A DNA stretch of 64,000 bases, taken from positions 1,021 to 65,020 of IMG/VR virus record IMGVR_UViG_3300036781_000714; one strand, given 5' to 3'. Below, piece after piece: positions 37,615 to 47,895 of this stretch. How positions within the stretch are numbered: position 1 is the stretch's first letter; each line of letters opens with the position of its first letter. The translations under genes and the position numbers were made by a program. This DNA is from a virus. Lineage: Duplodnaviria > Caudoviricetes. The notes beneath the pieces were generated by a model. The model was not told the origin of the DNA. It saw only the letters and a program-made list of their open reading frames with translations, and made no database searches.

Positions 37615-37738
37615 CAGAACCTCCTAGAATGCGAAACGCCCCGCAGCTCGAGTGAGCGCAGGGCGGTTGCTGGTGAGGTGAGTTGTTGAACTGTTGTGAG
37701 CGTGCTCCTTCGACTTCTCGGATCGACTACCGTCGGTG

Positions 37739-38932
37739 TTACCGATCGCGCCCGCTGCGATGCACGCGGTTCGCGACGGCGAGCAATCCCTTTTGCCGGG
37801 ACTCGGCGTTGTTGTAGTCGATCTTCATCTTCTCGGGCTTGCGCGCGTTGTGTGTCGAGACGCCGCCTTTGACCCGCACGGTGGGTTTGGGTCGGCGGTG
37901 TTTCTCGGCGCGCTCTTGCACGCGCGTCTTGCTCGCTTCGCGACGGACCGCGCCGGTCGTGCGGTGATAGTCCGAGGCGTGCTTCTTCACGATGTCGTTG
38001 ATCTCGGCCGTCGTGAGCCCGTCCTTGCGTTCCTTCTCGGGCTTCCGTAGTACGGCCGCTTCCAACAACTGCTCGAGCGTGTCGGTGTACGGCACTTTGA
38101 ACGTGCGTGCCGCGTTCCGCGCATCGGTCTCCACCTCGTCGATTCGTGCGAAGATCTTCTGCGTCTCTTTGTCCTGCTCGTCGACGACATCGGTGGCGCT
38201 CTTCCGCGCGTTCTTCACACGCTCTTTGAAGAGCTCCTCGTTGTCTTTCGCGCTCTCGGCATTCGCACCGTCTTCGCCCGGGTCCATGCGATTGAGGTGC
38301 TTGTTCACCTTTGCCATGAGGTCGGGATTCGCGCGGAGCATCTCCACGATCACGAGATCTTGGTTCTGCGTGCGGAACGCCTCGTCGGCGCGGAACTTCT
38401 TTTCTTCGCTCCGATAGGCACGGGCTTCCATCAACGCGCGGGTGAACGGTGCGTCGAGCGCTTTGAGCTTCGCCTCGATCAGTGGCCGATACTTCGCCGG
38501 CACGTCGTCGAGCGTGAGATCTGCCCCATGCCGAGCGAGCGCCGCTTTCGTCTCGTCGGTGGATGTGTCCTCGTCATCCGCAGCGTCATCCGCTTCGTCT
38601 GACGCGTCATCTTCCTCTTCGTCGTCAGCGTCATCGGCGTCGTCATCGGATTCGACGTCTTCGGAGTCATCCTCCTCGTCGTCGGTGTCCGTATCGTCAT
38701 CCGCCTCGTCGTCCTCGTCGGATTCAGCGTCACCGCTGGTGTCCTCGTCGGTCTCGTCGGGGCTGTCGCTGTCGTCGTCCCCTGCGTCACTGTCATCCGC
38801 GTCGTCGGCCGCATCACCCTCGTCCGTACTCTCGACTTTGACCTTGGACATGCGCTCCATGAACGCATCGCGGCCCCCACCCGGTTCGTCGGTCGCGTCG
38901 TCGGTCGTCGTGTCTTCGAGATGATCGGCCAT
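37739..38932 (-). CDS. Capsid scaffolding protein
   Basis: Very acidic N-terminus, coiled coil, basic C-terminus; between portal and capsid. Confidence 0.75.
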   Translation of the reverse strand: MADHLEDTTTDDATDEPGGGRDAFMERMSKVKVESTDEGDAADDADDSDAGDDDSDSPDETDEDTSGDAESDEDDEADDDTDTDDEEDDSEDVESDDDADDADDEEEDDASDEADDAADDEDTSTDETKAALARHGADLTLDDVPAKYRPLIEAKLKALDAPFTRALMEARAYRSEEKKFRADEAFRTQNQDLVIVEMLRANPDLMAKVNKHLNRMDPGEDGANAESAKDNEELFKERVKNARKSATDVVDEQDKETQKIFARIDEVETDARNAARTFKVPYTDTLEQLLEAAVLRKPEKERKDGLTTAEINDIVKKHASDYHRTTGAVRREASKTRVQERAEKHRRPKPTVRVKGGVSTHNARKPEKMKIDYNNAESRQKGLLAVANRVHRSGRDR

Positions 38933-38988
38933 ACGAGTACCCTCAGTACGTTGATATGAGTTTGTGAACGAGCGTACTTCTATAGATG

Positions 38989-41697
38989 CTATTGACCAGC
39001 GGCCGAACGATCCGCCGCCGTGATTTGCATTTGATCCGTGCCACGGTTCGCGATCGGCGTGTTCTGTTTGCCAGCGTCGCCACCCGGTCCCACGAGTTGG
39101 AGCGGTGGACCGCCAGGCTGAGGCGCGCCACCAGGCGCACCACCAGGGACCGGAGGAGCGCCACCACCTTGGTCGGGCGGCACATTCCCCGGGGGAGCGG
39201 CCGGCGCGGCGGGATTTACGGCGTCCACGAGTTTCTGCACGCCCGCCGCGAGCTGCTGCATCCAGTCGAGGAATGCGAGCTGTCCGGGCTGTGACCAGCG
39301 ATCGAAGCGCGACCGGTCCCGCTTCATGAAGTCGTAACACAACTTCTGCTTCACCGGGATGTTCATCCACGGGCCGAGCTGCGGGAGTTGGTTCGAGCCC
39401 TGCATCGGATCATACGATTCGAAGAGCGCGATCTCACGCTCGAACTCAACGATGTCCGGATCTTCGTCCGCTTCGAATGCGGTGAGGCCCGCGTTCCCCG
39501 TCTCGAGGTACTTCGCCAGCGCTTCGCGGTCGACCTGGCCCGTGGCCAGATTCATCACGAGACCCGGCAACGCCTGGATCAAACTCATCTTCGTGTCGAA
39601 CTGCGCGGACTTGGACCACGGGAACATCGAGCCGGTTTGCACGCGCACATCGAGTCCGTCGACGAGATCAGCACCTTTGAATGAGCGGAACTCGGCCTGC
39701 CCACGTTCGCCGCGGATCCGGATGGTGCGGTCTTCGTCGTACTCGCGCTGCACGATCACGAGCTCGCGGCGACCAATCTCTTCGATCGCTTCCTCGAGCG
39801 CGGTGAGATCGGGCATGAACGACGAGTCGGACGCCTCTTGCAGCACGAGGAACGCGCGACCGGCTGAAACGCCTTCCGGCCGTTGCGAGAGATCGACGCC
39901 GGTAAGCCCCGCGATCGACTGCATCTTCGCCTGCAACACTTCGCGCTCTTCGTAGACCGGCGCGGGCAACGGTTGCAGCGTGGCTTGGAACGGCGCGCCT
40001 TCACGACCGCGCTTCGTCATGCCGCGTGAGACTTTGACTTGACCCGGCTCGCTCGTGATGGTGATGTCCTTGTCTTCCTGCATCACCCACCACACACCAC
40101 CCATGGTGTCGACGGCGTGCTTCTCGAGGATTTTGCCGTCCTGCGTGTTGTACTGCTCGTTGAGCGGCACGACTTCCTGCAGGATGCCCCGGCCCTGTGG
40201 CTGGCCTGGGATCGGGGTCGAGATCGCGGACACGCGCGGCGGCCAGAATCCGTAGGGCAACGGCGCTTCGCCATCCTCGTAGACGTCGGCGGCCACTGGC
40301 GACGAGCCTTTGCTGGTCTCGGCATCGGCGTCTGGCGCGTCTTGAGGATTCTGTGAACTCTGTGAACTCTGTGAACTCTGTGAATCGTCGGGGCTGTCGT
40401 TGCCGTCAGTCGCCTCGGCACTGTCGTCATCGTTCTCAGGTGACTCGTCGTCGTCACCATCGTCGCTCGTGTCACGCGCATTGCTCGGCAGCGGCGCTTC
40501 TTCGCCTGGCGCTTTCGGCCACACCTTGAGGCGGCCGGCGACAATCCAGTGACGTCCCTTCGGCGTGCCCTCGGCGATGCTGCCTTTGCGGTAGTACTTG
40601 GTGACGAGCACCCGGTGACCGATGCCGGTTGCTTGGTCGATGCCGCGCATCATCGACGACCACGCGCCCTCGATCGGATCTGGTTCAGCTGCGGCGGCCC
40701 GCGAGAGCCGATCGGTAAACTCTTCACGCATCTCGGTGCTATCGCTTTCGCCGAGTCCGAGCCGGAAGTCTTCGTCGTCGTCGAGGCCGAACGTGTCGAT
40801 GACCTTCTGTTTCGGCCACAACTCCGACTCGAACCATTCCGTCGCTTCGTTGGGATCGTCGCAGTCGGGATCGAAGCGCGTCGCGAACGGATCGATCACG
40901 CGGAGCGCGACTTCGCCTTCCGGATAGCCATCGGCTTCGCGGTCGAGATCGTAGGGCTTCCCGCCGTCGATTGCGGTCTCGCGATCGTCCGCGTCGTCGC
41001 GACGGTACGGCTCACCGTCATCGTCGCACGCGCACGGCACGTTCATCGTCGCCCGCGACTGCGGATCGTTCCCGTTGTGGTCCGGGTTTGAGACTTCGAC
41101 GAGCGCATGGTTCGGAATAACGCGCCCGTCCATCTCGTCGAAGTCGACGTCGAAGAACACGTTGCCCGTCGCGATGAACCAGCCCACGGCGCGCATGAAC
41201 TTCTGCGGGCTCTTCGTCACACGCCACAGGAATTCCAACACCGCTTCGCCGAGCTTCGCGCTCTCGCGATCGTCGGAGTCGCCGGACGGCGGCACGACTT
41301 CGAGCGACGGACGGTTCTTGGTGAGCTTCGCGCGGATGGCGCGGAAGAATGCGAACGTCCAGTTCGTGACCGGCTGTTGGCGCCAGGGCGGGACGTCGGA
41401 ATCCGAGCGATACGATGCGAGATCTTCGTCGTAGCGGATCCACTGTTTGTGAACGAGGAAGAGCAACACCTTCGTCCACTGCTTATACAGGCCGCGGTAG
41501 TGATCGTCTTGGATCGCCACGCGAGCGACGACGTAGTCGGCTTTCGCTTCATCGGTATCGTCGACCGAGGGCGGTGCGCCGTACGCGAGTTCTTCTAACG
41601 GATTCGAGTCTTCTCTGTCTTCCCGCGCGCGAGCGCTCTTACGTCCCCCACGGGGCTTCGACGAAGAGCGGCGTTTCGCGCGCTGAGGAGAGGCCAA
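38989..41697 (-). CDS. Portal protein (P22-like)
   Basis: PVTNWT..IRAKLTKNRP, DRESAKLGEAVL, GRGILQEVVPLNEQYN, SAGRAFLVLQE. Confidence 0.85.
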   Translation of the reverse strand: MASPQRAKRRSSSKPRGGRKSARAREDREDSNPLEELAYGAPPSVDDTDEAKADYVVARVAIQDDHYRGLYKQWTKVLLFLVHKQWIRYDEDLASYRSDSDVPPWRQQPVTNWTFAFFRAIRAKLTKNRPSLEVVPPSGDSDDRESAKLGEAVLEFLWRVTKSPQKFMRAVGWFIATGNVFFDVDFDEMDGRVIPNHALVEVSNPDHNGNDPQSRATMNVPCACDDDGEPYRRDDADDRETAIDGGKPYDLDREADGYPEGEVALRVIDPFATRFDPDCDDPNEATEWFESELWPKQKVIDTFGLDDDEDFRLGLGESDSTEMREEFTDRLSRAAAAEPDPIEGAWSSMMRGIDQATGIGHRVLVTKYYRKGSIAEGTPKGRHWIVAGRLKVWPKAPGEEAPLPSNARDTSDDGDDDESPENDDDSAEATDGNDSPDDSQSSQSSQSSQNPQDAPDADAETSKGSSPVAADVYEDGEAPLPYGFWPPRVSAISTPIPGQPQGRGILQEVVPLNEQYNTQDGKILEKHAVDTMGGVWWVMQEDKDITITSEPGQVKVSRGMTKRGREGAPFQATLQPLPAPVYEEREVLQAKMQSIAGLTGVDLSQRPEGVSAGRAFLVLQEASDSSFMPDLTALEEAIEEIGRRELVIVQREYDEDRTIRIRGERGQAEFRSFKGADLVDGLDVRVQTGSMFPWSKSAQFDTKMSLIQALPGLVMNLATGQVDREALAKYLETGNAGLTAFEADEDPDIVEFEREIALFESYDPMQGSNQLPQLGPWMNIPVKQKLCYDFMKRDRSRFDRWSQPGQLAFLDWMQQLAAGVQKLVDAVNPAAPAAPPGNVPPDQGGGAPPVPGGAPGGAPQPGGPPLQLVGPGGDAGKQNTPIANRGTDQMQITAADRSAAGQ

Positions 41698-42100
41698 CGA
41701 GGCTTGGGCGGGAACGTGAAAAGGCGCCCGAACCCCTGCGGGTGATCGCAGAGGCGGGCGCCAGTTGGCTTGGAACTCGGATTGACCGCCGCGGTGGGCG
41801 GGTGCATGCAGGCACTAAGAGTACGAGCGAATGCGGGTCGGCGCAACGCCGAGCATCTTGAGCGATGTCGAAGATCTACAGCACACGATCACTGTAACCT
41901 CAATCGTGTCACCACAATCGCTTTCGGTCGCGGCTTGGTGGTGTGCTGCAACTCCGAGTGCATGCAGCCCTTCTTGTGTGTGAAGGGATTGCCATGGTCC
42001 GCTGCGCGCGCGCCCGGCTTCCCGTGTTCGCGCGGCGCATCACTGCCCGGCTGACAACTACACCGGGCAGGTTCCTCGCGATGCGTGCGCTTCCGGCCTC

Positions 42101-42664
42101 TCACTGCTCGGCGCGAGCGATAGCGCGATCAGCCAGTTGCGACAGCGCGGTTGCATGTTGTTCGGCGCTCTCGTTTTCAATCGCCTGTATCCGTTCTTCT
42201 GTCAAGCGCTCTTGCACATTCGGGTCAAGCGCTTCGCTCGCATCGACGAGTCGCACATTCTCAGCGCTGGGAATAGGGCTGAGAATGCCCAACTCGATCA
42301 AGTAGTCGCGCCACCGCGCGAAGAACGCCCGCACTCGTCCGCGGAACGTCCGCGACTCAATTTCCTTGTGCACCATCTGCATCAGCACGTGCGCGTGCGC
42401 CTGAAGTCGCGCGTCAGTCTCGTCGGCGATCTGGTCGTAGATCTTCTGCCCGACGTCGAGTGCCGCGTCGGCGATGCCGGTGTTCATCTTCTTCACCAGG
42501 CGCACCATGTCCTCCTTCGGCACGTACGTCTCAGCCGCTTCGACCCGCGACAAGAGATCGTACTTGCTGTCGACGCCGCGTGGCTTCTTCCGGTTCTCGC
42601 GTTCTTCGCGGGCCTCGTCGATCGAGACGATGCGTTTGTCGGGGACTACGAGTTTGTCGCTCAC
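42101..42664 (-). CDS. Hypothetical protein
   Basis: 187 aa; coupled ORF. Confidence 0.65.
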   Translation of the reverse strand: MSDKLVVPDKRIVSIDEAREERENRKKPRGVDSKYDLLSRVEAAETYVPKEDMVRLVKKMNTGIADAALDVGQKIYDQIADETDARLQAHAHVLMQMVHKEIESRTFRGRVRAFFARWRDYLIELGILSPIPSAENVRLVDASEALDPNVQERLTEERIQAIENESAEQHATALSQLADRAIARAEQ

Positions 42665-42894
42665 TTCAGCACTTCTCCGGTGAAACGTTCGACAGCGTCG
42701 GTCACACGATCGAGTTGAAGCAACTTCCCGGGCAACTGCCCATCGAGGTATGCAGCGATCGCCATCTCAGCGACGAGGCGAAGGGACGCAGCCAACTCGA
42801 TGTATGATGAATCTCGCCCGTCCGTGTGTACCGGACCGGCGCTAAACGCGTTGATCAGATCCGCGTCGCGGATAAACGATTCTGTATTAAACAT
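42661..42894 (-). CDS. Hypothetical protein
   Basis: 77 aa; coupled ORF. Confidence 0.5.
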   Translation of the reverse strand: MFNTESFIRDADLINAFSAGPVHTDGRDSSYIELAASLRLVAEMAIAAYLDGQLPGKLLQLDRVTDAVERFTGEVLK

Positions 42895-43252
42895 TCCGCA
42901 GCGGTCTCCACGTGGGGTTGAGCGAATTGCCGTCAGGGTCTTGCAACCGGTGCAACATCTCTGGCGTGCTTGCGGTTGTCGCGGTCGGATCGTTCACCCA
43001 CTGCTTATAACACTCGCGCGAGATCGGGTAGCACGTCGCGTGCGGATCGGGCGAGGTGCTGAAGACCACGAACATGTACGTCTCGGGCTGACACGAATCG
43101 CACGAGAAGAACGCATGCCCAGACAGGCCGCGTACGTCGGCGCGGAATCCAGCCTTGTGGTAGCGCAGGAGATGCTCACCGTTGACCGGCGCGCAGGTGA
43201 GGAAGTTTGAATAACACATCCATGGCTTCCACGTGGCAACGACCCTAGTCAT
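42887..43252 (-). CDS. Cys/His-containing hypothetical protein
   Basis: Overlapping start/stop with neighbours. Confidence 0.5.
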   Translation of the reverse strand: MTRVVATWKPWMCYSNFLTCAPVNGEHLLRYHKAGFRADVRGLSGHAFFSCDSCQPETYMFVVFSTSPDPHATCYPISRECYKQWVNDPTATTASTPEMLHRLQDPDGNSLNPTWRPLRNV

Positions 43253-43613
43253 CACGCTCCATGTCGCACTTGATAGCGCCCGCGAGTTCGTTACGTCGAA
43301 CTCGATCAATCGCCGACCTAGCCGTGAATCCCGCACGCCATCCTTGGCTGCGCCCTATCTCACGTTGCTTATCCATCTCGCTGATGCGACTACCGAACGT
43401 TGGGTTCTTCACACGCCAGTAAAGTTCTCGAATCGCACGCGCAATTACGTTGATGGGCATCGGCATGAAGATCGATGCGTCTTTTCCCGACACACGCCAC
43501 GCGCGACCGTACCCAACCGGCACAGCATCGGAATCGCAAAGCGAGTGCATCGTGTCGATCTCGATGCGCCACCGAATGCGCGGCACGATGTCGGCGCCCC
43601 ACCACTCGCGCAC
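43245..43613 (-). CDS. Hypothetical protein
   Basis: GTG start just after the upstream stop. Confidence 0.5.
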   Translation of the reverse strand: MREWWGADIVPRIRWRIEIDTMHSLCDSDAVPVGYGRAWRVSGKDASIFMPMPINVIARAIRELYWRVKNPTFGSRISEMDKQREIGRSQGWRAGFTARSAIDRVRRNELAGAIKCDMERDD

Positions 43614-43614
43614 C

Positions 43615-44163
43615 TCAGTCCTCGGCGATGTCATCGCGCAGATCCTCGTCGTCATCATCATCATCGTCGCGCACCGCACGCGGGCGCGGCGGCATCTCGT
43701 CGTCCGCGACACCGATTGCACGGCGCGCATCAGCGTGTGCACGGCGTTCCTCAGCAACGCGACGATCGGATTCCGCAACGGTCGGCGGATCGCCGAAATC
43801 GTCGTCCTCTCTCTCGCGCGGTGCCGCCTGCACGGCCGTCGCCGTCATCAGTTTGGCGAAGCGTTCGTTCTGGTCGGTCGCGAAGGCGAGCTGCTTCAAG
43901 GCTTCGCCGCGCCACGACTCGGTGGACGTCTTCCAGAAATCGCACGATGTCCGCGCGAAGTCGCGTTCGGCGCGTGATGCTGCGGCGTTTGACTCCGCAG
44001 CCGTCGCGCGTGCACCGATAGCGACGATCTCTTTGTCGCGAATGTCCATCCCGCGCAACGCTTGGCACGCAATCTTGTGTGAACGATACAGTTCGATAGC
44101 CAATGCGCACGCGACAATCGCGAGCACTAGAGCGATTGCACTACTGGCGAAGAACGGTTCCAT
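43615..44163 (-). CDS. Membrane-anchored coiled-coil protein with acidic tail
   Basis: MEPFFASSAIALVLAIVACALAI. Confidence 0.6.
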   Translation of the reverse strand: MEPFFASSAIALVLAIVACALAIELYRSHKIACQALRGMDIRDKEIVAIGARATAAESNAAASRAERDFARTSCDFWKTSTESWRGEALKQLAFATDQNERFAKLMTATAVQAAPREREDDDFGDPPTVAESDRRVAEERRAHADARRAIGVADDEMPPRPRAVRDDDDDDDEDLRDDIAED

Positions 44164-45811
44164 ACTTTTCTCGCTTTGAAGGTTCCTCATACGTGTCGTG
44201 GTCGATGCGGTCGAGCTCTTCGAGCTCTTTGCGGATCCGCTCGAGCTGCGTTAGCGCGGGCTTCGCCTTCTTCTCTTCGTCGCCCGGGAAGTACGTCATC
44301 GCGAGATAGCGTGTCCCGTCCATCATGTCGGCGCCGTCTGCGCTCGCATCGTCCGGATCGTCCTTCTGAATCTTCCCGTCCGGCATTTCAGGGTACTGCC
44401 AGTGGGACGCTTCCCACATCCATCGTGAGCCCATCACTGGCTTGCCCGGTTTGTTCGAGCTCATGCCGAGACGCCACACGCGGTCACTGCCAAGTCCACG
44501 CCGGACTTTGAATGCGCCGCGGTTCATCATCGACTCGAGTCGAGAGATGCCGGCTGCGCGTTTCTTGAGTTCACCAGGGATGGCGTACACTGAGTGCTTG
44601 GAACCGACGCGCTCCAACGCATCGTTCAATTCGTTGATGCCTTCTGGATCGGCGCAGTCTGCCGGGATAACCATTCCAGATGGGACGCGCCAACGTTTGA
44701 GCATCGCGTCAATGCCCTTCGCGCGCGTGTCTGCGTCTTCGTTCTGCGAGAAGTACTCATCTAACAACGTGAATGTCCCGTGTTCGTCGGCGACGCCGAA
44801 CGGCATTGCGAATCGCCACTTGCCGAGATCCAACGCGGCAGCCCACGCACCGCGCGCGCGCATGCGTTCGAGCCATTGCTCGGTCGGTTGCTCGGCCGTC
44901 TGATGCTTTTCCGGATCCCACGGGAGCACTGCACCCATCGGGCGAACGAACTTGCCCTCGTCGCGCGCGGCGAGCTGCGAGGGATTGTGTTTGAGTTCTT
45001 CAAGGAGTTCTTGTCTCGCTTCCGGCGTGATGCCCGGATTGTCGCGCAGCCCCGCGTGCGAGTACCAATGGCGATCGGCGTTGATCTGTCCTGATCGAAT
45101 TGGCTCGTAGATGCGGCCGAAGATGAACGTCCCCATCCCTTTGAGCGGCGTCATCGTGCCGAGGGTGTCGCCCCCGAAGCGCAGGAGTCGCGGCTGAATC
45201 TCGTCCCACACGGCTTCCGGATGCTCTTCGTCGAGCCAGACGTCATCGACACGCGCAGACTGATACTTGTCCGACCCCTGCTCTGCCGCTTTGCCGGTGA
45301 TGCGCGACAGCTTGCCATTGTCGGCGAGTATGGCGATGTCGCGTTTGGTGGAATGCACCATCGCTGTCGGTGCATCCACAATGCGCCATGGCGGAATCCA
45401 CGTGAGCAGCTCGGGCAGGAGAATCTTCTCCCACAGTTCCCATGTCAGCGCCGACGCCCAACCGGTCCACGGTGGCATGCGCTTACGGCCGGTCATCTGC
45501 CACGGATGGCGACCGAGTGCCTTCAACGCCATGTCGATCGCGGCGAAGCTTGTCTTGCCGACCTGGTTGCCCCAGAACAACCAGCGGTGTTTCGAGGTGT
45601 TGTGCAGCGCTTCGATCTGCTTCGCGTGCAAGCGACCGGGAATGAGACCTACTTTTGAGTTCTCATACTCCCACACCGTGTCGGTGAATGACTCGTCGAA
45701 CAACCGCTTCAACGGGTCGATGCGCACGACCGCTTGCCCTTGCATCGAGGCGAGACGCTCGTGCGCGACGTAGAACGCTTTTGCGAGTGGTGATCCGCCC
45801 GCGGCAATCAC
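44141..45811 (-). CDS. terL: Terminase large subunit
   Basis: LHAKQ, GNQVGKT (Walker A), VWLDEE (Walker B), TMTP, RNase H-like DLG and DMMDGTRY. Confidence 0.92.
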   Translation of the reverse strand: MIAAGGSPLAKAFYVAHERLASMQGQAVVRIDPLKRLFDESFTDTVWEYENSKVGLIPGRLHAKQIEALHNTSKHRWLFWGNQVGKTSFAAIDMALKALGRHPWQMTGRKRMPPWTGWASALTWELWEKILLPELLTWIPPWRIVDAPTAMVHSTKRDIAILADNGKLSRITGKAAEQGSDKYQSARVDDVWLDEEHPEAVWDEIQPRLLRFGGDTLGTMTPLKGMGTFIFGRIYEPIRSGQINADRHWYSHAGLRDNPGITPEARQELLEELKHNPSQLAARDEGKFVRPMGAVLPWDPEKHQTAEQPTEQWLERMRARGAWAAALDLGKWRFAMPFGVADEHGTFTLLDEYFSQNEDADTRAKGIDAMLKRWRVPSGMVIPADCADPEGINELNDALERVGSKHSVYAIPGELKKRAAGISRLESMMNRGAFKVRRGLGSDRVWRLGMSSNKPGKPVMGSRWMWEASHWQYPEMPDGKIQKDDPDDASADGADMMDGTRYLAMTYFPGDEEKKAKPALTQLERIRKELEELDRIDHDTYEEPSKREKYGTVLRQ

Positions 45812-46359
45812 TCCCAAATCTCCGACAACCGCGTGACGATCGCCGAGCCAAAGAACGTCGCGGTATCCGGATCGAGGTGTTGCTTGCAGAGATCGAAGAT
45901 CGCCTCGGCCTGTAGCTTGAGGCGATTCTGCACTTCAGGTGAGACGACGACGATCGTCTGCTTCGACTTGTACCGCTCGTCCCACGCTTCGAGAAAGAAC
46001 TTGATGAGGACGTCGGAGCCGTCCTTCGCGCGCGCGATGCCCTCGTCCTCGAGCTCACCGACGAGCATACGCCGTGCAGCATTGGCGGCGCGACGGAACT
46101 CAGGCTCCTCGTTGATCCAGCGATACCACGTCGCGTACTTCACGCCGGCCGCCTCGCACGCAGCCTTGACCTTGCCGCTGCGCACGAATGCCTTCAACGC
46201 CCGGATCTGTCGCCCTTCCTTCAGCGAGTAGGGGCCGAACTCCTCGTCGTCTTCGTCGGCGGTGTAGCCAACGGGTGCGCTCGGCGCTGGCGCCAACTGC
46301 GCGAGATCGTCGCTCATGCGTGGAAGTTCGTCCGGGGAATCGATCGACTCGTCAACCAC
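45808..46359 (-). CDS. terS: Terminase small subunit (HTH)
   Basis: GKVKAACEAAGVKYATWYRW..PEF; DGSDVLIKFFL; upstream of terL. Confidence 0.8.
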   Translation of the reverse strand: MVDESIDSPDELPRMSDDLAQLAPAPSAPVGYTADEDDEEFGPYSLKEGRQIRALKAFVRSGKVKAACEAAGVKYATWYRWINEEPEFRRAANAARRMLVGELEDEGIARAKDGSDVLIKFFLEAWDERYKSKQTIVVVSPEVQNRLKLQAEAIFDLCKQHLDPDTATFFGSAIVTRLSEIWE

Positions 46360-46666
46360 GCTTCACGAACCCAAAGCGACCCGCGGCTACGCGGTCGATA
46401 CGGGGGAAGTACTCGGTGTTGAGCGGAGCTTTCCGGAGTAGAACTGGCGCGGAATAGTCATCGCGCAGCAGTTCATTCCACTGCCGTTGCGTCATCCAGG
46501 CACCGTTGCGATGACCGTCTGTGAGATGTTTCCACTCCGGCTCGATCGCAACGGACGTGAAGAACCGCCGCACCCATCCGAGCCGATCGAGCAACTCGAG
46601 TTGGTCAGCAGCGACAGCGCCACTCGCGACGATCGTAGCGCGTTGCAGGAAGTCGCGACGGTTCAC
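46352..46666 (-). CDS. Twin-arginine-motif small protein
   Basis: MNRRDFLQR...; contains QWNELLRDDY. Confidence 0.65.
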   Translation of the reverse strand: MNRRDFLQRATIVASGAVAADQLELLDRLGWVRRFFTSVAIEPEWKHLTDGHRNGAWMTQRQWNELLRDDYSAPVLLRKAPLNTEYFPRIDRVAAGRFGFVKRG

Positions 46667-47031
46667 AGTGCCGAGGTCAGTTGATGCCCGATCCGCGCCG
46701 AGTCCAGCTTCCAGGCCGATTCCACGCGGGTCGGTGCTGGCCAGATTTCAAATACAGGCGATGCGTCGGTGATTTCTACGCCGTCGAGCCAACGGCGAAC
46801 GGAGCCGTCCGGGTAGCATGCAAATTCGTAGTAGTGCCAGGGGCCGAACGAGAGCTGTTGCGGCGCATCGACCACCGGGAGGTAGTGATTGAGGTCGGCT
46901 CCCGTTTCTACATAGTCGAGGCTGACGACCTTGCCGTGCGGCGCAGGCAGCAGGCGCTTGATGATCGGAGCGGCCGCGATCGCAGCAAGGACGATCCCCG
47001 ACGCGCGGTGGAAGAAATCTCGACGATTCAT
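46663..47031 (-). CDS. Twin-arginine-motif small protein
   Basis: MNRRDFFHRASGIVLAAIAAAP. Confidence 0.65.
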   Translation of the reverse strand: MNRRDFFHRASGIVLAAIAAAPIIKRLLPAPHGKVVSLDYVETGADLNHYLPVVDAPQQLSFGPWHYYEFACYPDGSVRRWLDGVEITDASPVFEIWPAPTRVESAWKLDSARIGHQLTSAL

Positions 47032-47313
47032 TTACGATTGGCTCCGCACGTAGAGGAGTCTGCGAAGATCGGTGGACGGCTCGTTCTCTTCGAGGGAGGT
47101 CCTTGACCACCGTCGACCACATCGGCATTCAGTGACTGCGTTGCTCGCCTTCAAAGGGCGCTGACAGATGCAGGTGAACTCGGCGAAGTTGTGTGCGTAC
47201 GGGAGCGGCGGTCGGCACCAGCGATCGGCGACCTCGAGTTGCTCGCGCTCGACTTGCTCGGCCCGTCGCTGTGCGAGCTGCGGAGCGCTGGCTCGTGGCG
47301 CCTTGCGTGTCAT
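47032..47313 (-). CDS. Small Zn-ribbon protein
   Basis: CIC...CRC. Confidence 0.5.
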   Translation of the reverse strand: MTRKAPRASAPQLAQRRAEQVEREQLEVADRWCRPPLPYAHNFAEFTCICQRPLKASNAVTECRCGRRWSRTSLEENEPSTDLRRLLYVRSQS

Positions 47314-47498
47314 AGCGGTCGCTCGAGGTAGGAGATCGGGCGCAAAAGAATATCTCGATGTAATTCGCTTCTTGTTGCCAACTCACAAGGCTCTGTCGTG
47401 GAGTCATGCGCGTAACGTGATCGGCCACGAGTCCGTGCGAGAACATATGGACGTCTGTGTGCCATCGCTCTTCGCGTCGTTCGAATTGCGTGAGGCGA

Positions 47499-47759
47499 TC
47501 ACTCATACGGGTTCCTTCCTTCGAGGATCTCATCCGCATCGTCGAACGGAAATCCACACGGCGGAGCGAACGTGTCACGATGCGCGCGCAAGCCAAACCA
47601 GTACCAAGGCTGCACTGTCCATACGTGATTGGCGTGCGCCCCGTACACCTCGACGCGCACCGATCGGTTGTTGTCGAGATTGACCGCGACTGCGATCCGT
47701 CCGAGGTCAGTTTGACGTACACGGCGCGGTGGGTTGGTCGAGACGGTAGCACTCATCAA
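47499..47759 (-). CDS. Hypothetical protein
   Basis: GAGG RBS; 86 aa. Confidence 0.45.
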   Translation of the reverse strand: MMSATVSTNPPRRVRQTDLGRIAVAVNLDNNRSVRVEVYGAHANHVWTVQPWYWFGLRAHRDTFAPPCGFPFDDADEILEGRNPYE

Positions 47760-47895
47760 AGTCCTCTAATTCCATGATCTCGACGATGCGCAGCCCAATG
47801 ACCCGCGCCGCACTGCGATCACATCTGGCCTCAGCAGCGGCGAGTTCGCGTTCCATCCACTCGCGCGCTGCCGAGTAGACCGACACCTGCAACTC

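Noticed and set aside
40350-40385. TGTGAACTC repeats inside the portal gene
   Set aside because: They encode an SQS low-complexity insertion in an acidic loop; the resemblance to TGTGAACT repeats at about 33586-33617 is probably coincidental
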